A stretch of DNA of 37,163 nucleotides from Candidatus Njordarchaeota archaeon (GTDB lineage Archaea; Asgardarchaeota; Njordarchaeia; Njordarchaeales; JAHKLH01), in contig JAHKLH010000001.1 of the NCBI GenBank assembly GCA_029856635.1, positions 1 through 37,163 on the forward strand, given 5' to 3'. This document shows, piece by piece, positions 17,383 through 25,661 of the stretch (position 1 is the stretch's first letter; each line of letters begins with the position of its first letter). The notes under the pieces are model-generated. The model was not told the DNA's origin and searched no databases. It saw nothing but the letters and a program-made list of their open reading frames with translations. A program made the position numbers and the translations under genes.

Positions 17383-19299
17383 TCACTCTGAAATTTCTGG
17401 TACCTTATAGCGGATATCTAGTAAGTCTCTAAGGAAATTAAGGAACTTATCACGTTTATACCGTATTTTCTCAATTTCTGAAACAAGTGCACTTGCTCTA
17501 TTAATCCACACATCATAAGGGATACCACCAGAAGCAAATCGTCGCCAATCTTTGAACAAAAGTTCACGCGCAATTTCAATTTCCGCATCATATTCTTCGA
17601 TTTTTGTAATTGCAGTTGCTATATCTGGATCTATTCTTTTAACGCGATTACCTAGTCTATAAAGTTCCTCTCGCCGTTTTCTTAGCGTTTCCAAGTAGCG
17701 ATTCATTTTATCAAAGAACGCCGCACTTATACTTCTTGAGGGAATTTGTTTTCTGATTGTATCCTCAATTAAAGTGTCAAGGGCTATGTATTCCTCTAAT
17801 CTGGTGATATACCTCTCGAGGAGTTCCTTGTGTTCCCTTATTCTTAGAATTTCTGGTGGTGTTATTTTCTTCTTCATACTCAAGGAGACATATCTAACTA
17901 TGATTAGTACGATTACAAAGGCAAACATTATAATAGCTAAGATTTTTCCAAATAATAATAGTGTTACCGCCCAGTTTAGCTTAAAGACTATTTCAAGTTC
18001 TGCATTTTGTGCTGGATGGAAATTATCAAAGGATATGCAAATAACTTTGTAATTTTTCCATCCAAGTGCTTCGGATTTATATGTAATCATAATTGGAGCA
18101 GAAATATTTAGTTCCAAATTCGCATCCATATAGCTAGGAATAAGCAACCTAAGAGAATATTTCCTTACAGTTGCATTAACATACGGTGCGATTGGAATCC
18201 TTAATATGTAGCTGTCATCTTGCTTAGTACGATAGTCCTTGCAGTCAAGTTTATAGCTTAATGAAAAAGCATACGTTGTACCAGCTGTAATTGGACTTCG
18301 GAACCTAACTTGAACAACTGTAATATTTCCGGTCGTTTTTACTATGCTTGTCTCTATATTTCCCAAGCTATCTCGTGCAGTTATATTCCTGGCTCCCTTA
18401 ATTTCTCCAATTCTAACAACTTCTGTTTTCCATTTAGCACTCTCAAGTAGGGTAGGTGAAACCGGGGGGAAATAAGCCGCAAGCGAATAATCTTCACGCA
18501 CTGTTATTTCGTCTGATAGACCAAATACAATTTCCCTGTTAATGGTGAGCATTCTTAGAGGTATTATTTTCATGTGCCACCTTATGAGAATATATGTTTC
18601 ATTGATAGGTGTCGAATCATTAAACGGTTCTACTTGCTTATCATCATCGAAACCTAAATTGTTACCCTCACTGCTAAATGGAGTTGGTAAAATGTCCTCA
18701 ACGAAAAGCGATGTTGGTGGTGCAATAAAATGAGACTTTCGTTTCTGAGGATAAGGAAATAGAGGCTGCTTAGCAAAACGAAATTCATAGTATGTGTCAT
18801 TCTTCACGTAAAACATTCTGAAAATCTTTGGATTCAGCCATGCAGAAATATTAAATGTGAAAGTTTCATTTGATTCAAGAAAATCTGGAAACTTAACCGC
18901 TATTGCGAGATAATCACCACGTCTGTAGTATACTGACCATGGCAGATTAATTATTTTATCCTGCCACTTCGCTTTTATCTCAAACCATGTCAGATTTTTC
19001 CATATGTTAATGGGTAAGAAGAAAAGAATAGCATTGAAAGGTCGATCTCCTTTATTCTTAACGGTAACTGTTTCTTGTAGATTTCCAATCAGGAATTCAC
19101 TAATACGCACCGTTCTAGATGAAGTAACAGACACATTCCAAGCGGATCCAGGAAAGACATATGGCGCCATAGAAATTTCTGGTTGGTTATATTCTCTTAC
19201 TCTAATAACAACTGAATAAGATGATGCTGGTGTTGAATATGCTACAACTAATAGTGAAAATAGTATACACAATATCACTAGTTGTCTCAATAACCGCAC
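17383..19299 (-). CDS. ribophorin I (OST1)-like type I membrane glycoprotein
   Basis: It has a signal peptide, a ~440-aa exoplasmic domain with 11 N-x-S/T sequons, one TM segment (LLLFGKILAIIMFAFVIVLIIV) and a ~170-aa helical cytoplasmic tail. The block ARDSLGNIETS resembles the conserved ribophorin I block. The ORF opens at TTG 19335, but GTG 19299 gives a clean signal peptide (MRLLRQLVILCILFSLLVVAYS). Confidence 0.6.
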   Translation of the reverse strand: MRLLRQLVILCILFSLLVVAYSTPASSYSVVIRVREYNQPEISMAPYVFPGSAWNVSVTSSRTVRISEFLIGNLQETVTVKNKGDRPFNAILFFLPINIWKNLTWFEIKAKWQDKIINLPWSVYYRRGDYLAIAVKFPDFLESNETFTFNISAWLNPKIFRMFYVKNDTYYEFRFAKQPLFPYPQKRKSHFIAPPTSLFVEDILPTPFSSEGNNLGFDDDKQVEPFNDSTPINETYILIRWHMKIIPLRMLTINREIVFGLSDEITVREDYSLAAYFPPVSPTLLESAKWKTEVVRIGEIKGARNITARDSLGNIETSIVKTTGNITVVQVRFRSPITAGTTYAFSLSYKLDCKDYRTKQDDSYILRIPIAPYVNATVRKYSLRLLIPSYMDANLELNISAPIMITYKSEALGWKNYKVICISFDNFHPAQNAELEIVFKLNWAVTLLLFGKILAIIMFAFVIVLIIVRYVSLSMKKKITPPEILRIREHKELLERYITRLEEYIALDTLIEDTIRKQIPSRSISAAFFDKMNRYLETLRKRREELYRLGNRVKRIDPDIATAITKIEEYDAEIEIARELLFKDWRRFASGGIPYDVWINRASALVSEIEKIRYKRDKFLNFLRDLLDIRYKVPEISE

Positions 19300-19380
19300 C
19301 CTTTGGAATTTCGAAATAGAAAATATAATAAGCAATACACTTTTTCAATAAGAACCGCTTTTTATTTAAATGGAGGAAAC

Positions 19381-20520
19381 ATGCCTGCAAATCTACCAAC
19401 AGAAGCTCAACTTGCTCTTGAAGAGTACGAGAAGGCTACAACATTACAAGCAAAGATTAGTGCGCTACAAAAATTTATAGCACTCTGTCCAAAACACAAG
19501 GGAACTGAAAAGATCCTCAAATGGGCCAAGACTCAATTAGCAAAGTTGCGAGCACAATTAGAAAGAAGAAGAAAAGCTACCACCTCTGCACCTCCAGCAT
19601 TTTCTGTTAAAAAAGAAGCAGATATTCAAGTTGTGCTTCTTGGAGTTCCACAATCTGGAAAAACAACATTATTGCGTTGGTTATGTGATTCAGAAATTCC
19701 TGATAAAAGGATTTTTCCAAATGTTGGAATTTTTAATTATCACGGGGCAGAATTTCAGATAGTAGATCTTCCATCTATCTTCACATCAGATATCGACAAA
19801 ATTCCGAATGGTCGAGCCCTCTTTGGTATTGCAAGAAATGCAGATTTGATTGCATTTGTTATTGATTTAACGCAAGATGTTGAATGGCAATACAATCTTC
19901 TTATTAACGCATGTGAAAATGCGCGAATTGCAATAGGAAGAAGGCCACCAATTACTTTTAAGAAAACAAGCTCTGGCGGGATCAACATTTTTGGAATTCA
20001 GTATTCTCCTCTTCCAAAGAAAGAAATAGAAGAGCTTCTTCGGTCGCATGGTATTTTAAACTGTCAGTTGATTTTTCATGACTATTGTACAGTTGATGAT
20101 TTAATTCATGCAATTGATAAGAAATACGTTTTCAAAAAAGCGATAATAATTGCTACAAAGGGCGATTGTCCTGGAACAAAACCATCATGGGAAAAACTTA
20201 AACAAATTACAAGAATTCCCATGGTTGCTGTTTCTGCTGTAAAGAATATAGGAAAATCAAAAGTAGGTGAGTTAATTAAAAGAACACTTGATCTAATCTT
20301 TGTATGGACTAAAGACGACAAGGGAATCGCATCTAACGCCATGATATTAAAACGTGGTGCCAAAATTATTGATGTAGCCGAGCGCATTCATGAAGATTTC
20401 GTAAGATTTTTCAGGTTTGCAATTGTTGAAAGAAAAACATCAAAAGTCAAACAGATACGTGCTGGATTGAGCTTCATGTTAGAAGATGGAGACATAGTGC
20501 GAATTTACATTAAGCGGTAA
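19381..20520 (+). CDS. DRG/Rbg-family GTPase with C-terminal TGS domain (divergent G motifs)
   Basis: The N-terminal PKHKGTEKILKWAKTQLAKLRAQLE matches the DRG KNKATE...LKAKLAKLR block. G1 is GVPQSGKT, G4 is TKGD and the TGS tail is LEDGDIVRIYIK. G3 reads DLPS instead of DxxG. ATG 19381 follows GGAGG. Confidence 0.7.
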   Translation: MPANLPTEAQLALEEYEKATTLQAKISALQKFIALCPKHKGTEKILKWAKTQLAKLRAQLERRRKATTSAPPAFSVKKEADIQVVLLGVPQSGKTTLLRWLCDSEIPDKRIFPNVGIFNYHGAEFQIVDLPSIFTSDIDKIPNGRALFGIARNADLIAFVIDLTQDVEWQYNLLINACENARIAIGRRPPITFKKTSSGGINIFGIQYSPLPKKEIEELLRSHGILNCQLIFHDYCTVDDLIHAIDKKYVFKKAIIIATKGDCPGTKPSWEKLKQITRIPMVAVSAVKNIGKSKVGELIKRTLDLIFVWTKDDKGIASNAMILKRGAKIIDVAERIHEDFVRFFRFAIVERKTSKVKQIRAGLSFMLEDGDIVRIYIKR

Positions 20521-20523
20521 TCG

Positions 20524-21234
20524 GTGATACACTTGACAAAAAACACTCAACGATTTTTTGACGTTATAATTCCCTCTAATCATAATGAAGCAAAGAAAAT
20601 GATTGCTTTTGCAAGCTACTTAGGTATTAAATACTTGCTAATGGTAATTAATAATCTGATTACAAAAATCAATGAAACCGCCTTATCTGAGATTATAGCC
20701 AACATGATGAATTCTGCTCACAAATATTCAATTGAACTTAAATTCGCTTATCTTTTTAGAGATATCAAAACAGGAGATAGGATCATATTTGATAAGCTCT
20801 TTGATCGACTTCAGATTGTTAAAATGTTAGATATTTCTTGTGAAAAATGGAAAGAACACCTGAGGCGAGAAGTGTTTCATGTATTTTTTGTCACATTTGA
20901 TAATTTGCAACAGATTAATAAAGGCGTTTACGAAGTTGCTCGAGCGAAGAGAAAGTATTTCATAATTAGTTTGAGAACACTCATTTTTAGTGACAAATCT
21001 GTACGTGCTAAGCTTCTATTAAATGCACGAAAGAACATAGATATCCTAAATAAGTCTGATTTTAATCTCTTATTTGGAAGCGGAGCAACAAATATAAATG
21101 AGATGCGGAATCCTCGCGATATTAGATCGTTTCTAAAACTTCTGGAAGTAAGAGATGACATTGCAAGTCTTTCAATATCACAACGTGCAAGGATATTCTT
21201 TTTCCTGCACAAACCTTACATTATAATTCATTGA
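20524..21234 (+). CDS. rnp3: RNase P protein component 3 (Rpp30)
   Basis: The start FFDVIIP..EAKKMIAFASYLGIKYL and the C-terminal GSGATNINEMRNPRDIRSFLKLL...ASLSIS parallel archaeal Rpp30 (..SSA....D.R.PRDL.S...SIS). The start codon is GTG. Confidence 0.7.
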   Translation: MIHLTKNTQRFFDVIIPSNHNEAKKMIAFASYLGIKYLLMVINNLITKINETALSEIIANMMNSAHKYSIELKFAYLFRDIKTGDRIIFDKLFDRLQIVKMLDISCEKWKEHLRREVFHVFFVTFDNLQQINKGVYEVARAKRKYFIISLRTLIFSDKSVRAKLLLNARKNIDILNKSDFNLLFGSGATNINEMRNPRDIRSFLKLLEVRDDIASLSISQRARIFFFLHKPYIIIH

Positions 21235-21623
21235 GAACCTAACACTTCCCTTATAACTCCTAGAATCTTGGACGCAATTTCCTCTTTGAGCTTCGGCAAA
21301 AGTAGGATTTTCTGCTTATGCTCAAGAAATGCCAAGAAAGGCTCTAACTCCTCCCGGCTCCGTGGAAGAACATTAACAATATCACATGCTACTTCCATAG
21401 GAATTTGTAATTCCCTTTTTCCAACTTGTATTTTTATCTCCAGTAATTTTTGCAAAAGTAGCATAGCCTTATCACGAGGTAATTTAACAAATCTTTTACA
21501 ATAATCGTATAATCGTTCGTGTATTGCACGATCAAATTTCTTCTTTCCCGCTTTTCTTTTCTCCAAAAATTCTTTGACTTCAGCCAGTAATAGGGGTTTC
21601 TCTGAAATTTTTTCTGCTGACAT
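21228..21623 (-). CDS. rpoF: DNA-directed RNA polymerase subunit F (Rpo4/Rpb4-like)
   Basis: 131 aa. LLLAEVKEFLEKRK, YDYCKRFVKLPRDKAMLLLQKLLE and DIVNVLPRSREEL follow the RpoF pattern (..tlaEvkeiLekR.., ..akkfaKl..ekA.el.eeL.., ..ivdllP...eel). Confidence 0.65.
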   Translation of the reverse strand: MSAEKISEKPLLLAEVKEFLEKRKAGKKKFDRAIHERLYDYCKRFVKLPRDKAMLLLQKLLEIKIQVGKRELQIPMEVACDIVNVLPRSREELEPFLAFLEHKQKILLLPKLKEEIASKILGVIREVLGSQ

Positions 21624-21707
21624 TTTAAAACCCTTATGTTCACACGAAATACAAAGTAAAATATATCTAAGTTAAAATTAGAATCTAAAAAATAGCGGTG
21701 TAAAAAA

Positions 21708-22007
21708 TTGCGGGGAAAAATGAGATCATCAGAAAGAATTAGACAAATAGAGGCATTATTTGCACTAGCAAAAACATTCATCGGTGTGCTTCTTGGAATA
21801 ATTCTTGGATTATGGTTCTCTTATGGTATTTTAATCATAGTTGGATGGATTATATCAATCGTTACCATAATAATCATGGCATTCCTTGCGAAAACATTCA
21901 CAATACTCTCACAGCACTCACTCAAAACACTTTGCCTAAGACATGGAACTTTTTCCTATTTCATCACAATCCTTCTCTTCTGGGGCATAGCATATACTTA
22001 CTTTTAG
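21708..22007 (+). CDS. small membrane protein, unknown function
   Basis: About 95-99 aa with 2-3 hydrophobic helices (FIGVLLGIILGLWFSYGILIIVGWIISIVTIIIMAFL). The start is uncertain (TTG 21708 or ATG 21720). Confidence 0.35.
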   Translation: MRGKMRSSERIRQIEALFALAKTFIGVLLGIILGLWFSYGILIIVGWIISIVTIIIMAFLAKTFTILSQHSLKTLCLRHGTFSYFITILLFWGIAYTYF

Positions 22008-22141
22008 CATTATTTAAGCATATTCAAGTTAACTTCGTCTGATAAGCAATAGTATGAATTTAAGCATTGTAATGTTAGTATTGAATATAAAACTCAGCAA
22101 GCTCCTCGAAAACATCGTCAGTTTAATTAGTATTCACGAAT

Positions 22142-22378
22142 TTATGATAAAAGCTCAACCCACAAAATGTTGTTCCCACGAACTAAAACAAGCCCCCATT
22201 TAACCTTTGGATTATTTTTAGCGTCAAGTTCTACTGCATCTTTAAGCAAAAGGTTCATATACTCGTCCAAGCTCAGAAGAACTCCTTGAATCCGCGTTCC
22301 ATCCTTTAACTGGACTCTTATCTGTTTATTCACATTTTCACGCAATAAAGTCAAGGGTAATTTTGGAGCACTTGACAT
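22142..22378 (-). CDS. Sm-like archaeal protein (SmAP/LSm)
   Basis: Sm1 is IRVQLKDGTRIQGVLLSLDEYMNLLLKDAVE and Sm2 is LVLVRGNNILWVE. Confidence 0.85.
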   Translation of the reverse strand: MSSAPKLPLTLLRENVNKQIRVQLKDGTRIQGVLLSLDEYMNLLLKDAVELDAKNNPKVKWGLVLVRGNNILWVELLS

Positions 22379-22395
22379 TCTTCATCACAAAAATT

Positions 22396-22737
22396 TCAGC
22401 CAAATAAAGCCGAAAGACCTTCGAGTGCTTCACCAGCTTCCTCTTTCTTTTCCTCTTTTTTCTCCTCTTTCTTTTCTTCCTTCTTCTCCTCAGGTTTTGC
22501 TTCTGGAGCTGCTGGTGTAACAGTAACTGCAGGTGCAGCAGCAGCCATGGGTACTGCTACCGCTCTTTTCTTGAGCTCTTCTATATTGAGAGTCTTGATT
22601 ACGTCGGCCCATGCTTTAGCTAAGGCTTTATCTGGGGTTATTCCAGCTGCTTCTAGAATCTTACAAATGGCTTCATCGGTTATCTCTTTCTTTGCTTCAT
22701 GTAAGATTAAACATGCATATACGTAAGCCATGCTCAT
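22396..22737 (-). CDS. rpl12: 50S ribosomal stalk protein P1 (L12e)
   Basis: It has MAYVYACLILHEAKKEIT..., an Ala/Pro and KEEKK hinge, and the conserved C-terminal EALEGLSALFG. Confidence 0.9.
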   Translation of the reverse strand: MSMAYVYACLILHEAKKEITDEAICKILEAAGITPDKALAKAWADVIKTLNIEELKKRAVAVPMAAAAPAVTVTPAAPEAKPEEKKEEKKEEKKEEKKEEAGEALEGLSALFG

Positions 22738-22807
22738 TTCTTCCCACCTACCAAATTACACTAATTCAAAGATTTTAAAATATGAAGAATAAAAAGTTTC
22801 ATAAACA

Positions 22808-25531
22808 TCATTCAGAGAAAAATCGGGATAAACGCGTTATTCCTCGAGCTTTTGCTTCTAATTCGTTTATATCAATACCCATAGCATCAAGTAATTGAGC
22901 AAACACAGTTTTTGCATGTTCAATATACTTCTCCCAATCGATGATTGATTTTGGTGGATTTAATTCTACGGGAATTGGTCCACTCTTTGTTTTTACATAG
23001 GTAATAATTTCGCCGGGATGTACTTCTCGCTTTAAACGCTTCGCCGCCTTTACATGTTCGCTCTCAACTTTGTATGCGTGCAACGGTTTGGTTAATTCTA
23101 CCTTAAAAGCTAATTCGTGAACATCATATTCTCCTTTTATGAGTTTAGTAAATACTTCTACTACCTTTTCGGCTATATTCTTCTTTGCTTCTTCGAACTC
23201 CTCGGGGGTCTCTACGCGACTAAGAATTTCCAAAACATTCCTAAACTCCTTCTTTGCAAAATCTGGTACGTTTCTTTTTCTGGCAAGTAGTCCCTTTAAA
23301 TCAACTGTCCCATCTTCGAATACTCCGATGTAATTCTTCTTTCTTGCAGAGAAGCAACAAAACTTGTATATTTTATCAATTTCTAGATCAGCATTCAGGT
23401 TTTCTCTTGCCCATTTAATCAGTGCTTCTATTTTACTCGGATCTGGTTCTGCAACAAAAATGCTGTCTGTGTCTCCATATATTACATTTAATCCCATTTC
23501 TCTGGCTTTCTTTGCAATGGCTAAGATTTTCTGCCGACCCAGGGCGGTTATTGTTTCTGCTGCGGGAAGATAGAATAACGGGAAATGCTCAGCACCAAAA
23601 ACTCCATAAGATGCGTTAATTAATACTTTCAATGCGCCCTGAATAACATTGTAGAATTCTTTTAACTCTCCGCCTTTTTTCGCTAACGGTTTGAAATACT
23701 TAACTCTTACATCTCTAATGAAACCTACTAATTCAGATGCAATTCCCCTTCTCTTTGTGCAAATCCAATGTCCTACCTCGGGTACAACATTGTTTCTGCA
23801 TTCTGGATGAGGACAATTGACAGTTTCGTAACTAACATTGTGATTCTTGATTATGCTAGGATATAGTGATGCAAAATCAAGCACGAATACATTCCAGTGT
23901 ATGCCTGGCTTTGGCTCAAAAACTATGGCGCCTCTGTATCTTTTGCCTGAAATAGATGGCTCTGCTCTTGGACCGAAAAGCCTTGCTAATCTTCTCTCTT
24001 TTTCCTCAAATGATGCTCGATTCGGGATTAACCAGTTTCTTTCCCTATGTTCCACATAAAACCAGTTTTCAATCCATGCTGAAACTCCTCTCCTTGTTAA
24101 ATCTTTAATGGGCATTCTGGTTATTCGTGATAAAGTGATAATTAATTTTAGAGGAACCCAGTTATTGAATGCAATCAATTTCGCCGTGATATATGAGTCC
24201 CACCAGCAATAACTTGCTAATGTCTTATAATCTAATTCCTCTATCCTCTCTACGCGAGTAATAAGTTTTCCTACGCCAAGGAGTGCTCTAGCAAGATCAT
24301 CTAATGCCACTCTATCATATTTTCCAGCAAATGCATAGTTCTTTATAGCGCCATTGCCATAGAATTTGTATAAGTCGATGTGTACTCCAGATTTTAAGTG
24401 GCTCTCTTTTACTTCACCCTTTGAAATTACTTCAATCGGTATTAAATCCTCAGGAATTCCCAGTGCCTTAGCCCTTGCACGCATGTAACGTAGATCAAAT
24501 AAATCGCCGTTGAAAGTGACTACTATAGGTGCATCCCATAGCTTTTTGAATGCATCAATCAGCATAATTTTTTCATCAAAATACAGATGTAATAAAACAT
24601 CGTGTCCATTTACTTTAAGTTGATATACCTTTTTTTCGTCCTTTTCTTCTACTCGTTTGAGAGATTCAAGAGACTTATCTTTACCCTTTCCTTTATAAGC
24701 TAAAACGTATATTTCATTTATTTCTTCATCCCCGAAAAGTAGCGTAAAGCCTATTGCAACAATGGGATACTTTGGATCTTTTGGTTGAGCTATAATTCCC
24801 TCAGCAGCGACTTCAATATCTACTGAAAGCACGGGAATTTCTGGGATTTTGCTTAAGAATGCGGGAGCATATTTTTCTGCTAGTTTTCCAAGATCTGCAA
24901 CTAACTTATTGTATAATGTCATATCCACAATTTCTTTTCTTAAGGTTAATTTCCCGCCTTTGATATCATAAAACATACATGGCCAGAGTTTCGTGTCATA
25001 AATGTAGTTTAAATGATATGGAATCCATGCTTCGAATGAGTTTCTTTCTCCTAATAGGTTTCTCACATGTTTTCTACCGCCAGGGCCGCCTATTTCTGCC
25101 GGTGAATCAACTATGATTTTTCGCATTTTTACATTTTCATCTTTTAAAGGATGGTACTTCTCTACTTCTTCTATTCTCCAACTTGGTTTCCAAGCATCAC
25201 CAATTGCTTTTCTTGCTTCCATTTCACTTAAATTTGTAAGACAGTAAGGTCTGTGTCCAGTATTATCATAAAAGAGAAAAATACTCCTAGTTTTTGGGTC
25301 ATAAAACTTCATGACTGCTTTGTTCTTCTTCTTATCATACTCTACACTTATTAGGAATAATCCTTCACCGTCCTTTATTTCTCTATTTCGTTTAGCGATT
25401 TTTTCTAACTCTTGTTTACGTTGAATAAAGATTTCACGTAAACTCGCTCTTCTTTCAATCTTTTCCTCTTTAACCTCAACTTTTTCTTTAGACTCTTCTT
25501 TGAGAAATTCTAAAAGGGATTTTGCTTTCAT
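22808..25531 (-). CDS. polB: family B DNA polymerase
   Basis: ExoI is SVDIEV, ExoII is FNGDLFDLRY and ExoIII is YCWWDSYITAKL. Motif A is DFASLYPSII, motif B is KVLINASYGVFG and motif C is YGDTDSIF. The protein is 907 aa with a K/E-rich N-terminal extension of about 45 aa and no intein. Confidence 0.92.
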   Translation of the reverse strand: MKAKSLLEFLKEESKEKVEVKEEKIERRASLREIFIQRKQELEKIAKRNREIKDGEGLFLISVEYDKKKNKAVMKFYDPKTRSIFLFYDNTGHRPYCLTNLSEMEARKAIGDAWKPSWRIEEVEKYHPLKDENVKMRKIIVDSPAEIGGPGGRKHVRNLLGERNSFEAWIPYHLNYIYDTKLWPCMFYDIKGGKLTLRKEIVDMTLYNKLVADLGKLAEKYAPAFLSKIPEIPVLSVDIEVAAEGIIAQPKDPKYPIVAIGFTLLFGDEEINEIYVLAYKGKGKDKSLESLKRVEEKDEKKVYQLKVNGHDVLLHLYFDEKIMLIDAFKKLWDAPIVVTFNGDLFDLRYMRARAKALGIPEDLIPIEVISKGEVKESHLKSGVHIDLYKFYGNGAIKNYAFAGKYDRVALDDLARALLGVGKLITRVERIEELDYKTLASYCWWDSYITAKLIAFNNWVPLKLIITLSRITRMPIKDLTRRGVSAWIENWFYVEHRERNWLIPNRASFEEKERRLARLFGPRAEPSISGKRYRGAIVFEPKPGIHWNVFVLDFASLYPSIIKNHNVSYETVNCPHPECRNNVVPEVGHWICTKRRGIASELVGFIRDVRVKYFKPLAKKGGELKEFYNVIQGALKVLINASYGVFGAEHFPLFYLPAAETITALGRQKILAIAKKAREMGLNVIYGDTDSIFVAEPDPSKIEALIKWARENLNADLEIDKIYKFCCFSARKKNYIGVFEDGTVDLKGLLARKRNVPDFAKKEFRNVLEILSRVETPEEFEEAKKNIAEKVVEVFTKLIKGEYDVHELAFKVELTKPLHAYKVESEHVKAAKRLKREVHPGEIITYVKTKSGPIPVELNPPKSIIDWEKYIEHAKTVFAQLLDAMGIDINELEAKARGITRLSRFFSE

Positions 25532-25661
25532 TTGAAGTACCTAAGCACATCTTCTCCTAAAAAAGAAGCATCGTTTTCTTTAAAGTATCTTGACTCAAAT
25601 TACTCTAAGGAAATTAAATGATTTTCATGCGTTTGTTAGAAGTCATTTTATAACGGGAGAG

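Noticed and set aside
21434-22042. ORFs 21434-21781(-) and 21812-22042(+)
   Set aside because: The first overlaps rpoF out of frame and runs through the promoter spacer. The second is an alternative frame of the small membrane-protein ORF. Neither has supporting motifs.
22441-22490. Pyrimidine-rich quasi-tandem repeat (ctctttcttttcctc...)
   Set aside because: It is the coding sequence, read on the minus strand, of the KEEKKEEKK hinge of ribosomal protein P1. This is normal low complexity, not a repeat element or a CRISPR array.
25590-25661. TTG start extending the NFACT gene by 24 codons
   Set aside because: That extension begins only 4 nt after the best TATA-like element of the divergent polB/NFACT spacer. 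ATG 25662 has a GGGAGAG ribosome-binding site and matches the family N-terminus.
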